From the NCBI GenBank assembly GCA_963665095.1, contig OY762069.1, forward strand, positions 2,528,001 through 2,592,000: a stretch of 64,000 nucleotides of DNA, in the 5' to 3' direction. Position 1 is the first letter of the stretch. Each line of letters begins with the position of its first letter. Below the pieces are notes generated by a model. It did no database searches, was not told the DNA's origin, and worked only from the letters and a program-made list of their open reading frames with translations. The position numbers and the translations under genes were made by a program. Below are positions 1-11,416 of the stretch, piece by piece. Source of the DNA: an uncultured Desulfobacter sp. GTDB taxonomy: Bacteria > Desulfobacterota > Desulfobacteria > Desulfobacterales > Desulfobacteraceae.

Positions 1-2
1 AT

Positions 3-2792
3 GCCAAAGGGAATTACCCCTTTGTTGATATGGCCCAAAAAGCCATGGCAGGTCAGGGCAGTTATGTGAACAAGGAGTGCCTGTGGGAGGATGCATCGCA
101 CAGGGTTGCGTCCAAAACATCCTACGTGAAAATATTTCCGGCATGGAACTGGATTGTTGGCACAGGTATTCATACAGATGATATTCATGAGGCGTTAAGC
201 GCCATTCACCAGAAATTTATACAGATTTTTGCCGGCATTCTCACATTTATCATCCTTCTTTCCATTTACATTACAAAACAGGTCTTCAGGATTGAACGGC
301 AGAACAGGCAGGCTGAAACCGAAAAAAAGCTGGATGAACTGCGATTAAAAAAACTGCTTGAATTAAGTCAGATAGCGGAAAAATCCATTAACACACTGAT
401 GGAATTTGCCCTGGAGGAGGCCTGTAAGTTAACCGGGAGTCAGTTTGGATGTCTGGCCTTTTTAAATGAAGACCAGGCTGACCTGACCATTCACAACTGG
501 CCAAAACACCCCGTGAAGGATGGAGAAACAGGCAGCAAAAAAGTGACCTGCCAGATGAAAGAGAGCGGACTCTGGGCAGAAGCCGAGAAATCGCGAGACC
601 TACTGGTAATTAACGATTTTAAAAATTACAGTCCACTTTGCGAACAGGGATTTCCCCGGGACGATGTCACTATTTTACGGGTGATGAGCGCCCCTGTTTT
701 TGCCGGCGGAAAGATGGTGGCACTGATCAGTGTGGGGAACAAAAACCAGGATTATAACGAATCAGATATTCGGCAATTGCAGTTGATGATGGACGGGATG
801 TGGAAAATTCTTCAGGGGAAAAAAAACGACATCGAGTTGCAAAAAAATGAAGAGAGATATCGCCTGCTAGCGGACAACGCCACAGATACCATATGGGTTT
901 TACAGCTTCCGGATTTAGGGTTGCGTTATGCCAGTCCGTCAATGGAATACCTTCTGGGCTATACGCCTTCTGAATTAAGTATGCTTAAGCGTGAGGACTA
1001 TATGACCCCAAATTCATTAAAACAGCTGCCCAGGCTGATATCCGAACAGCTTAGCCAGGACGCCAGCGACACTCCTGAACCCAAACGGTTAAAGACCGTG
1101 GAACTGGAGCTGATTAAAAAGGACGGCACCTGCATCTGGGTTGAAATTACCGCCAGTGTATTAAAAAATGACAAAGGTGAACCTGACCGGATATTGGGCA
1201 TTTCCAGAGATATCTCAGAACGGAAACGTGCCAGTGATGCATTACAACGGACAACAGAACTACTGAGGGAGGCAGGGAGAATCGCAAGGGTCGGTGGCTG
1301 GAGCGCTGATATCAAAAGTCAGACCATCCTATGGTCGGATGAAATGAACGCCATCCATGAAAGGCCGGCCCACACCCCTCCGTCTATTGATGAAATTAAA
1401 AGTTTTGTCGCGCCTGAGTGGAAGGATAAAATCGAGAACGGATACAACCGCTGTATGGAAGAAGGAAAGAGCCTTGATGAAGAGTTCGAGATCATTACGG
1501 CCAATGGGAACCACCGCTGGGTCCATGTCACTGGAGAGGCTGTAAGAGACGGGGCCGGAAACATTATCCGTGTCATAGGGGCGCTTCAGGATATTTCAGA
1601 CCGGATACAGGCAGATGAAGAGAGAAAGAAACTGCAGGAACATCTGGCCCAGGCAAGAAAAATGGAAGCCATCGGGGTGTTGGCCGGAGGGATTGCCCAT
1701 GATTTTAATAATATCCTTTCAGGCCTGATGGGATTTACGGATCTGGCAATGATCGAAGCCGGGAATAATGAAACACTCAAAGGCTATCTGGCCCAGGTCT
1801 CATCTTCAAGCCTGAGAGCCAGGGATCTTGTCAGGCATATCCTGACCTTCAGCAGAAAAACCGATGTAAAAAAACAACCTTTGATCATTAACCCGATTAT
1901 TAAAGAGTTACTAAAGTTTATGCGCGCGTCTCTGCCGGCCAGCATTGAAATCAAATATGATTTAAAAGTTGATCAGGAACAGGTCTTTGGGGATGCCACA
2001 CAGATTTATCAGATCCTTATGGGCCTTTTCACAAATGCCGGGTATGCCATCAAGGACAAAGGCGGGACTCTTGAAGTGACCATGGACAGTGTCACGCGGG
2101 ATGACATTCAGACCGGCTATGCAGGAGAAACACCTGGAAAAAATTTCATTGAACTGGTGATTTCCGATACAGGATGCGGCATTCATGAAAAACATCTTGA
2201 CCGAATTTTTGAACCTTTTTTTACGACAAAAGGACGCGAAGAAGGTACCGGGATGGGACTGGCCACTGTATACGGCATCATCAAAGAGATGGGGGGAACC
2301 ATTTCGGTCTCCAGTGAGGTCGGGGCGGGATCAACATTCACGATCCTGCTGCCAAGGCATGATAAGGCACAAGCCTTAGATAAAAATGTCAATGGTTTAT
2401 TAAAAAAAGGTCGGGGCAACATCCTGATGGTTGACGATGAGATTATCATTGCCGAAAGCACCTGTGAACTTCTGACCATCCTGGGATATACTGTAACAAC
2501 CGAAACAGACAGCATGACGGCCATTGACATCGTAAAAAACAATCCAGCAGGTTATGACCTGGTATTAACAGACATGACCATGCCCCGCATGGACGGCTTT
2601 GAGCTGGCACAACAGATAAAACAAATCAATCCGCATATTCCCGTTGTTTTGAGCACAGGCTTCAGCGACGGGTTAACCAAAGAAAAATGTGAATCTGCCG
2701 GTATTGCAGATATGGTGATGAAACCCTTGACCGTCAGTGAGCTTTCCGTAACCATTGAAAAAGTTATTAACAAAAATAACACAAAAGAATAG
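3..2792 (+). CDS. Hybrid sensor histidine kinase (Cache-TM-GAF-PAS-PAS-HisKA-HATPase-REC), 5' end outside the window
   Basis: LAGGIAHDFNN H-box, DTGCGI and FFTTK..GTGMGL ATPase boxes, C-terminal receiver (ILMVDDE, LTDMTMP). The frame is open back to the window edge (AKGNYPFVDM, Cache-type). Confidence 0.93.
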   Translation, partial: AKGNYPFVDMAQKAMAGQGSYVNKECLWEDASHRVASKTSYVKIFPAWNWIVGTGIHTDDIHEALSAIHQKFIQIFAGILTFIILLSIYITKQVFRIERQNRQAETEKKLDELRLKKLLELSQIAEKSINTLMEFALEEACKLTGSQFGCLAFLNEDQADLTIHNWPKHPVKDGETGSKKVTCQMKESGLWAEAEKSRDLLVINDFKNYSPLCEQGFPRDDVTILRVMSAPVFAGGKMVALISVGNKNQDYNESDIRQLQLMMDGMWKILQGKKNDIELQKNEERYRLLADNATDTIWVLQLPDLGLRYASPSMEYLLGYTPSELSMLKREDYMTPNSLKQLPRLISEQLSQDASDTPEPKRLKTVELELIKKDGTCIWVEITASVLKNDKGEPDRILGISRDISERKRASDALQRTTELLREAGRIARVGGWSADIKSQTILWSDEMNAIHERPAHTPPSIDEIKSFVAPEWKDKIENGYNRCMEEGKSLDEEFEIITANGNHRWVHVTGEAVRDGAGNIIRVIGALQDISDRIQADEERKKLQEHLAQARKMEAIGVLAGGIAHDFNNILSGLMGFTDLAMIEAGNNETLKGYLAQVSSSSLRARDLVRHILTFSRKTDVKKQPLIINPIIKELLKFMRASLPASIEIKYDLKVDQEQVFGDATQIYQILMGLFTNAGYAIKDKGGTLEVTMDSVTRDDIQTGYAGETPGKNFIELVISDTGCGIHEKHLDRIFEPFFTTKGREEGTGMGLATVYGIIKEMGGTISVSSEVGAGSTFTILLPRHDKAQALDKNVNGLLKKGRGNILMVDDEIIIAESTCELLTILGYTVTTETDSMTAIDIVKNNPAGYDLVLTDMTMPRMDGFELAQQIKQINPHIPVVLSTGFSDGLTKEKCESAGIADMVMKPLTVSELSVTIEKVINKNNTKE

Positions 2793-2804
2793 AAAAGGGT
2801 TTAT

Positions 2805-4214
2805 ATGTTTCGTGTTCTGATTATTGACGATGACCCCAACATCTGTCTGTTTTTTGAAACCGTTCTTGCAAAGATGGACTGTGACACATTTACGGCCAAC
2901 AGAATCAAGGACGCAAAGGCATTGAGCTGCCAGAATAATTTTGACATTATCCTGCTTGATCTTGAGCTGCCGGATGGAAACGGTCTGGATATCATGCCGG
3001 ATCTTGTACACCTGCCCTCTTCTCCGGAAATCATTATCATCACCGGCACAGGGGATGCCAGGGGCGCTGAGATTGCATTTAAAAACGGGGCCTGGGATTT
3101 TGTGCAAAAACCATTCCGGCTTGATGACATTACCCTGCCCATTCAAAGAGCCTTAAACTATCGCAAGGAAAAGCTGTCATCCCGGGAACTGATCATCCTG
3201 AAACGCTCAAAGATTATCGGGGAATCCCCTGCCTTAAAAAAATGTCTGGATGAAGTGGGCAAAGCCGCCTCCACCGATGCCAGCATCCTTGTCACCGGGG
3301 AAACAGGGACTGGTAAGGAGCTGTTTTCCAAAGCCATCCATGAAAACAGCAAACGGGCGTCGAACCCCTTTGTGGCGGTTGACTGCGGCTCCCTGACCGA
3401 AAGCCTGATTGAAAGCACCCTTTTCGGACATGAGAAAGGGGCCTTTACCGGGGCTGCATATAAACAGGACGGCCTGATAGTACAGGCAGACGGCGGCACA
3501 TTGATGCTGGATGAAGTCGGCGACCTGCCGCTGTCAATTCAGAAAGCCCTGTTACGGACACTACAGGAGAGATCTGTCCGCCGCATTGGGGGAAAGAAAG
3601 AGATCAAGGTGGATATCCGTCTGATTTCCGCCACCAATCTCTCCCTGGACCAGCTGGTTAAAGAGAACCGTTTCAGGGAAGATTTCCTGTACCGGATCCG
3701 GGCCATGGAAATTCACCTGCCCCCCCTTCGCGACAGGGGGAAAGATATTGAAGACATTGTGTTAAAAAAGGTGCATGAGTTGTCAAACAGGTACAACCTG
3801 ACACCCAAGGCCATCTCCAAGGAGCTGTTTGAAACACTGATGTCAAACAACTGGCCCGGCAATATCAGAGAACTGCTCAATGTCCTGGAGTATACCCTGG
3901 CGTCGGCCGGCAGTGACCCCACGCTGGTGCCCAAACATCTGCCGCCTAATTACCGGCTTTCAACATTAACGTTTGAGACGCCCGCTACCAGGGAAAACGC
4001 CCCGTCGCTGGCAGACGAAATTTTGGACGGTGATTCAGAGCTGCCAACACTGAATGCCTGCCGGGAACAGCTGGAAATAACCTACCTGACCCGTTTAATG
4101 AAAAAAGCGGGCGGGAACCGGAAAACCGCCTGCCGCTTATCAGGCGTTTCCCAGGCCAGGTTGTACGCTCTGCTAAATAAATACAATCTTCCCGGATTTG
4201 GTTCCTACCAATAA
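2805..4214 (+). CDS. NtrC-family sigma54-dependent response regulator
   Basis: N-terminal REC (LIIDDD, LLDLELP), Walker [15 protein letters not shown] loop, WPGNIREL, C-terminal Fis-type HTH. Confidence 0.96.
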   Translation: MFRVLIIDDDPNICLFFETVLAKMDCDTFTANRIKDAKALSCQNNFDIILLDLELPDGNGLDIMPDLVHLPSSPEIIIITGTGDARGAEIAFKNGAWDFVQKPFRLDDITLPIQRALNYRKEKLSSRELIILKRSKIIGESPALKKCLDEVGKAASTDASILVTGETGTGKELFSKAIHENSKRASNPFVAVDCGSLTESLIESTLFGHEKGAFTGAAYKQDGLIVQADGGTLMLDEVGDLPLSIQKALLRTLQERSVRRIGGKKEIKVDIRLISATNLSLDQLVKENRFREDFLYRIRAMEIHLPPLRDRGKDIEDIVLKKVHELSNRYNLTPKAISKELFETLMSNNWPGNIRELLNVLEYTLASAGSDPTLVPKHLPPNYRLSTLTFETPATRENAPSLADEILDGDSELPTLNACREQLEITYLTRLMKKAGGNRKTACRLSGVSQARLYALLNKYNLPGFGSYQ

Positions 4215-4247
4215 CAGACTGTTTCATCTCTTATAAAGATCTTCAAG

Positions 4248-4288
4248 TTCTTAGAAACAAGAATGAAAATGGTTCTTGTTTTCAAGAA
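4248..4288. promoter_or_regulatory. Putative upstream activator sequence for a sigma54 activator
   Basis: Imperfect inverted repeat TTCTTAGAAACAAGAA..TTCTTGTTTTCAAGAA about 80 bp upstream of a -24/-12 box; homologous to 9139-9181. Confidence 0.6.
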
Positions 4289-4369
4289 ACCCCGCCCACG
4301 CGAACGCCCTCCCAATGGCCTACAAACACAACTAATTGTTTTTATAGAAATTATTTAATTATCCTCCCT

Positions 4370-4384
4370 TGGCACGACTCTTGC
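4370..4384 (+). promoter_or_regulatory. sigma54 -24/-12 promoter of MCP copy 1
   Basis: TGGCAC-GACTC-TTGC matches the consensus. Confidence 0.85.
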
Positions 4385-4450
4385 CATAATATGAAATGCA
4401 TGCATCCGAAAACAATTAAGACAAATCGGCTCAATAATGGAGGAGATAAC

Positions 4451-6448
4451 ATGAAAAAAATAACATTAAGAACCAAATTAATCCTTGGTGGTGTGGTGGC
4501 TGCAATTCTTCCGCTGGTAGTCGTGGGCTCATTTGCCATAAACAAATCATCATCCGCTCTGGTTTCCATTGCCCAGGGACAGGCAGAACTTGTGGCCCGA
4601 AACTTTGCAAACATGGTGAATCTGTCCATGGAACAGGAGATCGAAAGAGCCCAGACCATGGCTTCGGAGACTTTAATCCGGGATCTGGTGGATAAAGCGT
4701 ATGCCAGTGGTGTTCAAGATCTGTCTGAAGAGGTGTCTGCAGCAGAATCCTATCTTTCAGATGTTTTTAAAAAGATGGATAAAAAATACGAGGACTTTAT
4801 TATTACAGATACCACCGGCCTGATTATCGCGGACAGTAACGGCGGCTACTCCAGACAGAAAAAAATTAACGTGGCGGAAAGAAACTATTTCCAGGCAGCC
4901 AGATCCGGCAGCACCAACATCAGTGAGCCGGTTCTGTCAAAAAAAAGCAACGAGCCTGTCTTTGTTATTGCGCTTCCCTTACAGAACCGCTCAGGTGCCT
5001 TTGCCGGTATATTGGGATCCGTTGTGAAACTGACTGCGTTGTCTGAAAAAATCACACAGGCAAAAATCGGCAAGACAGGTTATCTTTTTATGGCGGGTAA
5101 TGACGGACTATTTATCGCCCATCCGGTGCAGGATTATATTTTCAAGCTCAATATGTCCACGCTTGAAGGCATGGAAGAGATTGCCAGAAGAGCTACGGCA
5201 CAGGAAGCAGGTGTTGAAAAATACCGGTTTAAAGGTACGGATAAAATTGCCGGATTCGCACCGGTCCATGCCACAGGCTGGAGTATTGTTGTTACCCAGA
5301 ATGAATCGGAATTTTTAGCACCTGTGGTGGCCATCCGAAATATAGTACTGGCCGCGGGCGGCATTTTCCTGGTCCTGACAGTGGTGGCGGTCCTGTGGTT
5401 TGTAAAAGGCATTATGGCGCTTCTCGGAAATGACCCCTCTGAAATTGCAAAAGTGGCTGACCAGATTGCCGGCGGAGACCTCACCTATGAATTCACAGCC
5501 AATGGAAAACAGCTTTGTGGTGTATACGCCAGCATGAAGCAGATGACCGATAATCTTAAAAATATGTTTACGGACATTTCACAAGGCGTTCAGACATTGA
5601 CATCCTCTTCCACGGAACTGTCAGCCATCTCCCATCAGATGACGTCCAATGCGGAACAGTCATCCGGAAAAGCCAACAGTGTCTCATCAGCAGCCGAAGA
5701 GATGGCCACGGCCATGAACAGCGTAGCCGCCGCCACTGAACAGACCAGTGCCAACCTGCAGATGATTGTGGCGGCCGCCGAAGAGATGTCTGCCACCATC
5801 AATGAAATCTCATCCAACACTGCCAAGGGAAGCCAGACCACAAGCCAGGCCGTTGAAAAAGCGGAACAGATCTCTGCAAAAGTGGATGCGTTGGGCAGGG
5901 CGGCCACCGAGATCAGCAAGGTTACTGAAACCATTGCCGACATCTCTGAACAGACCAATCTTCTGGCGCTGAATGCCACCATAGAAGCGGCAAGAGCCGG
6001 GGAAGCAGGCAAGGGATTTGCCGTGGTCGCAGGGGAAATCAAAGAGCTTGCAAAGCAGACAGCAAACGCCACGGATGAAATCGGCCAGAAAATAGGCGAG
6101 GTACAGGCATCCACCAGCGAATCAGTGGAAGCCATCAAGGTCATAGTTGAGATCATCGACGATATCAACACCATTGTCACTTCGGTGGCAACAGCTATTG
6201 AGGAGCAGTCTGCAACAACCCAGGAAATCTCCAATAACGTCAGTCAGGCGGCCACGGGTGTTCAGGAGGTCAATGAGAATGTCAACCAGACCTCCACAGT
6301 GGCTGCGGATGTTACTGAAGATGTCCACCAGGTCAGCCGGTCTGCCGACGAAATAACCGCCGGGACCCTGCAGATCAATGAAAGTGCCACGGAATTATCC
6401 AAGCTGGCGGAAAGTCTTAATGAGATGATTGGCAGATTTAAGCTGTAA
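4451..6448 (+). CDS. Methyl-accepting chemotaxis protein (dCache), copy 1, 665 aa
   Basis: Two TM helices and [40 protein letters not shown] before the ATG at 4451. Confidence 0.97.
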   Translation: MKKITLRTKLILGGVVAAILPLVVVGSFAINKSSSALVSIAQGQAELVARNFANMVNLSMEQEIERAQTMASETLIRDLVDKAYASGVQDLSEEVSAAESYLSDVFKKMDKKYEDFIITDTTGLIIADSNGGYSRQKKINVAERNYFQAARSGSTNISEPVLSKKSNEPVFVIALPLQNRSGAFAGILGSVVKLTALSEKITQAKIGKTGYLFMAGNDGLFIAHPVQDYIFKLNMSTLEGMEEIARRATAQEAGVEKYRFKGTDKIAGFAPVHATGWSIVVTQNESEFLAPVVAIRNIVLAAGGIFLVLTVVAVLWFVKGIMALLGNDPSEIAKVADQIAGGDLTYEFTANGKQLCGVYASMKQMTDNLKNMFTDISQGVQTLTSSSTELSAISHQMTSNAEQSSGKANSVSSAAEEMATAMNSVAAATEQTSANLQMIVAAAEEMSATINEISSNTAKGSQTTSQAVEKAEQISAKVDALGRAATEISKVTETIADISEQTNLLALNATIEAARAGEAGKGFAVVAGEIKELAKQTANATDEIGQKIGEVQASTSESVEAIKVIVEIIDDINTIVTSVATAIEEQSATTQEISNNVSQAATGVQEVNENVNQTSTVAADVTEDVHQVSRSADEITAGTLQINESATELSKLAESLNEMIGRFKL

Positions 6449-6489
6449 AGATCAGACACAGGCCTGCTGTCTTAACGGCAGCAGGCCTG
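5086..6489 (+). repeat. 1,404-bp near-identical direct repeat, copy 1 (partner 9979-11382)
   Basis: Direct comparison at constant offset 4893; I saw only two synonymous differences. Includes the downstream hairpin. Confidence 0.93.
6459..6489 (+). terminator. GC-rich hairpin after the MCP (duplicated at 11352-11382)
   Basis: CAGGCCTGCTGTC-TTAAC-GGCAGCAGGCCTG; the U-tract is weak. Confidence 0.55.
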
Positions 6490-6640
6490 GTTACAAAAAT
6501 CAGGGGTAATAGAAGGATAAACTCATTTTCAAGCGTATCAATGATACCTGGCGACATCTCTGCGGAGACGAAGTTCTTTTGCTCACCTCCCAACTTATGC
6601 AAAGACACTTCCAATTGCCCAAATAGGGAAAAGCATAAAT

Positions 6641-8620
6641 ATGAACCAGATTTTTTTCGAACAAAGGGCTGCACTGATTTTAGCAATATTCTGTTGCATT
6701 GCCGTTTTGGTCATCAATATTAGCAATGCCAGGCTACCGAAGCTTTTCCATGATACTCACAGAAAAATTTTTTTAAAAATATTCGGCATAATTTTTCCGA
6801 TCTGGCTTTCATTTATCCTTGTTGTTGCGAGCATCTTTTTCATATTTGTCCCCTCTTTAAAACAAAATATGATGGTCCAAAAAAAGCAAGCTATAAAGCA
6901 GCTGGTTGACAGCCATTTATATTACCTGGGAAGTCTTCAAAACGCAGTTGCCAACGGCGATATGACACTTATTCAGGCACAGGATATGGCGATTAACCAG
7001 TTCAGGGCATTACGATATGGTCCTGAAAAGGAAGGCTATTTCTGGATTAATGACATGTATCCGTTTATGGTCATGCATCCGTATCGACCTGATCTTGAAG
7101 GGAGGGATCTGACTTCTTTCAAAGACTCACAAAACGATTATCCCTTCATTGCAATGGTCTCAAAAGTTATCCAGGACGGGGGGGGATATGTGAACTACTA
7201 CTGGCAATGGAAAAATGACCCGAACAGATCTTCTCCTAAAATATCTTATGTAAAGGGGTTTAAACCGTGGGGATGGATCCTTGGTACAGGGATTTACACT
7301 AAGGATGTTAAACAGGAAATAGATTCTATTTTCATGAAGTTATCAAAAACTTCCATTTTGATTTTAGCGTTAATTCTGGCCATATCATTTTATTTGACCA
7401 TTCAAACAATCCGTATCGAAAAAAAGAGGCTGTCATCGGCGCAGAAGTTGCGAAAAAGTGAAAGCCGGCTTGACACAATTTTGAAAGCAAACCCTGATCC
7501 CATGGTTGTTTATGATTTAAATGGCCATCCGGATTATCTTAATCCGGCATTCACCCATGTGTTCGGATGGACCCTGGAGGACTTGAAAGGAAAGACCATA
7601 CCGTTTGTCCCTCAGGATCAGAAAGATATAACCGTCAAAAAAATAACAGAAATACATCAATACGGATCGGCCCTGACCTTTGAAACAAAACGGTATACCA
7701 AAGATAAAGCCTGCCTTGATATACTTATCAGTGCGGCCTCTCACAAAGATGATAAGGGCAAAGCCATCGGTATGGTTGTTAATCTCAAAGATATTACAGA
7801 ACAAAACCGGAATCGTGAAATAATTATTCAGTCGGAAAAAATGCTGTCACTCGGTGGGCTTGCAGCAGGTATGGCCCATGAGCTCAATAACCCTTTGGCC
7901 GGCATGATACAAAGTGCCAATGTTATGAAATCCAGGCTGAAAAATGTTGATATGCCGGCGAATCTGGAAGCGGCAAAGGAACTTGGCATCTCCATGGAGG
8001 CTGTGGCAGCCTTCATGGAAAAAAGAAACATTTTTAATATGATTGATGCCATCCATTACTCAGGGATACGGGCTACTGAGATTGTCAGAAGCATGCTCAG
8101 TTTTGCAAGAAAATCAAATGTTGAGTATTCCACCCATTACCCCGATCAACTGGTGGATGCAATTCTTGAACTGGCAGCTACGGAGTACGATTTCAAAAAG
8201 CAATATGATTTTAAATCCATTGAAATTATTAAACAGTATGATGAGAATTTGCCGGTGTTGACTTGTGAAGGTGCAAAAATTCAACAGGTGTTACTCAATA
8301 TTCTGCGAAATGGTGCCCAGGCCATGCAGACGGCAAAAACAAAATCACCCAGATTTATACTCAGGCTATACAGCAAAGGACGTCCTGAAATGCTCCATAT
8401 CGAAATAGAGGACAATGGACCGGGCATGGATGAAAATACCCGTTCAAAAGTATTTGATCCTTTTTTTACGACCAAACCTGTTGGCATTGGTACGGGGTTA
8501 GGCTTGTCTGTTTCTTACTTTATCATTACTGATAATCACAACGGTACCATAGAAGTCATATCTGAGCCAGGGAAAGGCGCTAATTTTATCATCCGACTAC
8601 CCATTGACAGAAAGGACTGA
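6641..8620 (+). CDS. Cache-PAS sensor histidine kinase
   Basis: GYFWIND..MVMHP Cache motif, PAS domain, LAAGMAHELNNP, DNGPGM, FFTTKPVGIGTGLGL. Confidence 0.95.
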   Translation: MNQIFFEQRAALILAIFCCIAVLVINISNARLPKLFHDTHRKIFLKIFGIIFPIWLSFILVVASIFFIFVPSLKQNMMVQKKQAIKQLVDSHLYYLGSLQNAVANGDMTLIQAQDMAINQFRALRYGPEKEGYFWINDMYPFMVMHPYRPDLEGRDLTSFKDSQNDYPFIAMVSKVIQDGGGYVNYYWQWKNDPNRSSPKISYVKGFKPWGWILGTGIYTKDVKQEIDSIFMKLSKTSILILALILAISFYLTIQTIRIEKKRLSSAQKLRKSESRLDTILKANPDPMVVYDLNGHPDYLNPAFTHVFGWTLEDLKGKTIPFVPQDQKDITVKKITEIHQYGSALTFETKRYTKDKACLDILISAASHKDDKGKAIGMVVNLKDITEQNRNREIIIQSEKMLSLGGLAAGMAHELNNPLAGMIQSANVMKSRLKNVDMPANLEAAKELGISMEAVAAFMEKRNIFNMIDAIHYSGIRATEIVRSMLSFARKSNVEYSTHYPDQLVDAILELAATEYDFKKQYDFKSIEIIKQYDENLPVLTCEGAKIQQVLLNILRNGAQAMQTAKTKSPRFILRLYSKGRPEMLHIEIEDNGPGMDENTRSKVFDPFFTTKPVGIGTGLGLSVSYFIITDNHNGTIEVISEPGKGANFIIRLPIDRKD

Positions 8621-8663
8621 GACGCTGTAACGGCGTCTATTTGTGTGGTGCCCCTGCTTTATC

Positions 8664-8678
8664 TGGCATGCTTTCTGC
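8664..8678 (+). promoter_or_regulatory. Probable sigma54 promoter
   Basis: TGGCAT-GCTTT-CTGC with GG-N10-GC spacing. Confidence 0.55.
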
Positions 8679-8733
8679 TGAGCTGTAATAGGTATTGAAA
8701 TATAACGGTGCTGACAAAAAGGAATATTCACCC

Positions 8734-9126
8734 ATGAAAATAATTTTATATGCAAATGAAGAGTGTGAATTCAGGGATCGACTGCAAGGGCGAATTATAA
8801 ATGCACTTCCCCAGGTTCAGGTGGATCTGGCAGACTCAGGGCAGCATTTGGTCAAAATCCTGAGCCGACCCTTACACAATATTTCTGTATTGATTGTCTT
8901 TATTTCAGATGCCGAGGACGTCGGTGTCCTGTTATCTTTAAAGACACTGTTCGAAGACATCAAGTTGATACTGATTGGCGGTAAAAGAGGTGACCAGGTC
9001 CCAAAATCCTCACTCCGACTTGAACCATTGTATACAAGCCATTCAGAGACCGACTTCCAGGACGTCATTTCAGTTCTCCAGCGCATCGAACAAAAGCAGA
9101 TGCACCTTGCCCTGTCAATAAAATGA
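8734..9126 (+). CDS. Small alpha/beta protein, possibly a degenerate receiver domain; paralog of 13980-14360
   Basis: Strong similarity to 13980-14360 fixes the MKIIL start. Confidence 0.75.
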   Translation: MKIILYANEECEFRDRLQGRIINALPQVQVDLADSGQHLVKILSRPLHNISVLIVFISDAEDVGVLLSLKTLFEDIKLILIGGKRGDQVPKSSLRLEPLYTSHSETDFQDVISVLQRIEQKQMHLALSIK

Positions 9127-9138
9127 GGAAACCTTTAT

Positions 9139-9181
9139 TTTCCTGGAAACAAGAATGTATATCATTCTTGTTTCCAGGAAA
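9139..9181. promoter_or_regulatory. Perfect 19-bp inverted repeat, putative activator site
   Basis: TTTCCTGGAAACAAGAATG-tatat-CATTCTTGTTTCCAGGAAA, about 84 bp before a -24/-12 box. Confidence 0.6.
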
Positions 9182-9264
9182 TCCCAGTGAGTCAAACAGC
9201 CCGCGAACAATCCACCCACACATAACATACTGTTTTACAACAGCAATATTCAAATCATATCAAT

Positions 9265-9279
9265 TGGCACAGCTCTTGT
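9265..9279 (+). promoter_or_regulatory. sigma54 promoter of MCP copy 2
   Basis: TGGCAC-AGCTC-TTGT, in the position equivalent to 4370-4384. Confidence 0.75.
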
Positions 9280-9343
9280 AATACAAAAAAACGCGGGCAT
9301 TCCAAAAATACGGACAAACGAATCAATAACGAGAGGAGATAAC

Positions 9344-11341
9344 ATGAAAAAATTAACATTAAGAACCAAACTGATCGCTGGCGGCGTGGTAGCGGCGATT
9401 CTTCCGCTGGTAGTCGTGGGCTTATTTGCCATAAACAAATCATCATCCGCTCTGGTTTCCATTGCCCAGGGACAGGCGAAACTTACAGCCCGGAATATCG
9501 CAACCATGGTAGACCTTTCCATGCGCCAGGAAGTTGAAAAAGCCCAGGCCATGGCCTCAGAATCCTTTATTCAGAAAATGGTTAAAAAAGTCCAGAGCGG
9601 CGGCATCCTGGAAGCAGCAGGCGAACTTGCCGCAGCAGAGGAGTATCTGGCTGAGGTGTATAAGAATACCGGCGAAAATTATGTTTTCTTCTTTGTTACT
9701 GATTCATCCGGCCAGATTATAGCAGACAGCGCAAAAGGCAAACACAGGCAGCAAAATCTGAATATAGCAGACAGGAAATATTTTCAGGCTGCGAAATCGG
9801 GGAAAAGTATCATAGGGGACCCTGTTATTTCAAAATCGAGCGGGTTGCCCATTGTGGTAGTTGCCGTCCCTCTGCAGGGCAGCTCAGGATCCTTTGCCGG
9901 TATCTTGGGAGTAACTGTAAAGCTTTCAGCGCTGTCTGATAAAATCACACAGGTAAAAATGGGGGAGACCGGCTATCCTTTTATGGCGGGTAATGACGGA
10001 CTATTTATCGCCCATCCGGTGCAGGATTATATTTTCAAGCTCAATATGTCCACGCTTGAAGGCATGGAAGAGATTGCCAGAAGAGCTACGGCACAGGAAG
10101 CAGGTGTTGAAAAATACCGGTTTAAAGGTACGGATAAAATTGCCGGATTCGCACCGGTCCATGCCACAGGCTGGAGTATTGTTGTTACCCAGAATGAATC
10201 GGAATTTTTAGCACCTGTGGTGGCCATCCGAAATATAGTACTGGCCGCGGGCGGCATTTTCCTGGTCCTGACAGTGGTGGCGGTCCTGTGGTTTGTAAAA
10301 GGCATTATGGCGCTTCTCGGAAATGACCCCTCTGAAATTGCAAAAGTGGCTGACCAGATTGCCGGCGGAGACCTCACCTATGAATTCACAGCCAATGGAA
10401 AACAGCTTTGTGGTGTATACGCCAGCATGAAGCAGATGACCGATAATCTTAAAAATATGTTTACGGACATTTCACAAGGCGTTCAGACATTGACATCCTC
10501 TTCCACGGAACTGTCAGCCATCTCCCATCAGATGACGTCCAATGCGGAACAGTCATCCGGAAAAGCCAACAGTGTCTCATCAGCAGCCGAAGAGATGGCC
10601 ACGGCCATGAACAGCGTAGCCGCCGCCACTGAACAGACCAGTGCCAACCTGCAGATGATTGTGGCGGCCGCCGAAGAGATGTCTGCCACCATCAATGAAA
10701 TCTCATCCAACACTGCCAAGGGAAGCCAGACCACAAGCCAGGCCGTTGAAAAAGCGGAACAGATCTCTGCAAAAGTGGATGCATTGGGCAGGGCGGCCAC
10801 CGAGATCAGCAAGGTTACTGAAACCATTGCCGACATCTCTGAACAGACCAATCTTCTGGCGCTGAATGCCACCATAGAAGCGGCAAGAGCCGGGGAAGCA
10901 GGCAAGGGATTTGCTGTGGTCGCAGGGGAAATCAAAGAGCTTGCAAAGCAGACAGCAAACGCCACGGATGAAATCGGCCAGAAAATAGGCGAGGTACAGG
11001 CATCCACCAGCGAATCAGTGGAAGCCATCAAGGTCATAGTTGAGATCATCGACGATATCAACACCATTGTCACTTCGGTGGCAACAGCTATTGAGGAGCA
11101 GTCTGCAACAACCCAGGAAATCTCCAATAACGTCAGTCAGGCGGCCACGGGTGTTCAGGAGGTCAATGAGAATGTCAACCAGACCTCCACAGTGGCTGCG
11201 GATGTTACTGAAGATGTCCACCAGGTCAGCCGGTCTGCCGACGAAATAACCGCCGGGACCCTGCAGATCAATGAAAGTGCCACGGAATTATCCAAGCTGG
11301 CGGAAAGTCTTAATGAGATGATTGGCAGATTTAAGCTGTAA
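9344..11341 (+). CDS. Methyl-accepting chemotaxis protein (dCache), copy 2, 665 aa
   Basis: MCP signalling motif; the C-terminal two thirds match copy 1. Confidence 0.97.
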   Translation: MKKLTLRTKLIAGGVVAAILPLVVVGLFAINKSSSALVSIAQGQAKLTARNIATMVDLSMRQEVEKAQAMASESFIQKMVKKVQSGGILEAAGELAAAEEYLAEVYKNTGENYVFFFVTDSSGQIIADSAKGKHRQQNLNIADRKYFQAAKSGKSIIGDPVISKSSGLPIVVVAVPLQGSSGSFAGILGVTVKLSALSDKITQVKMGETGYPFMAGNDGLFIAHPVQDYIFKLNMSTLEGMEEIARRATAQEAGVEKYRFKGTDKIAGFAPVHATGWSIVVTQNESEFLAPVVAIRNIVLAAGGIFLVLTVVAVLWFVKGIMALLGNDPSEIAKVADQIAGGDLTYEFTANGKQLCGVYASMKQMTDNLKNMFTDISQGVQTLTSSSTELSAISHQMTSNAEQSSGKANSVSSAAEEMATAMNSVAAATEQTSANLQMIVAAAEEMSATINEISSNTAKGSQTTSQAVEKAEQISAKVDALGRAATEISKVTETIADISEQTNLLALNATIEAARAGEAGKGFAVVAGEIKELAKQTANATDEIGQKIGEVQASTSESVEAIKVIVEIIDDINTIVTSVATAIEEQSATTQEISNNVSQAATGVQEVNENVNQTSTVAADVTEDVHQVSRSADEITAGTLQINESATELSKLAESLNEMIGRFKL

Positions 11342-11382
11342 AGATCAGACACAGGCCTGCTGTCTTAACGGCAGCAGGCCTG
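9979..11382 (+). repeat. 1,404-bp near-identical direct repeat, copy 2
   Basis: Partner of 5086-6489. Confidence 0.93.
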
Positions 11383-11416
11383 ATTGCAAACCCAAGGATA
11401 TTGCAGGAGATAACAT

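Noticed and set aside
5086..11382. Diversity-generating retroelement template/variable repeat pair
   Set aside because: No reverse transcriptase is present; the repeat is 1.4 kb with only a couple of synonymous changes.
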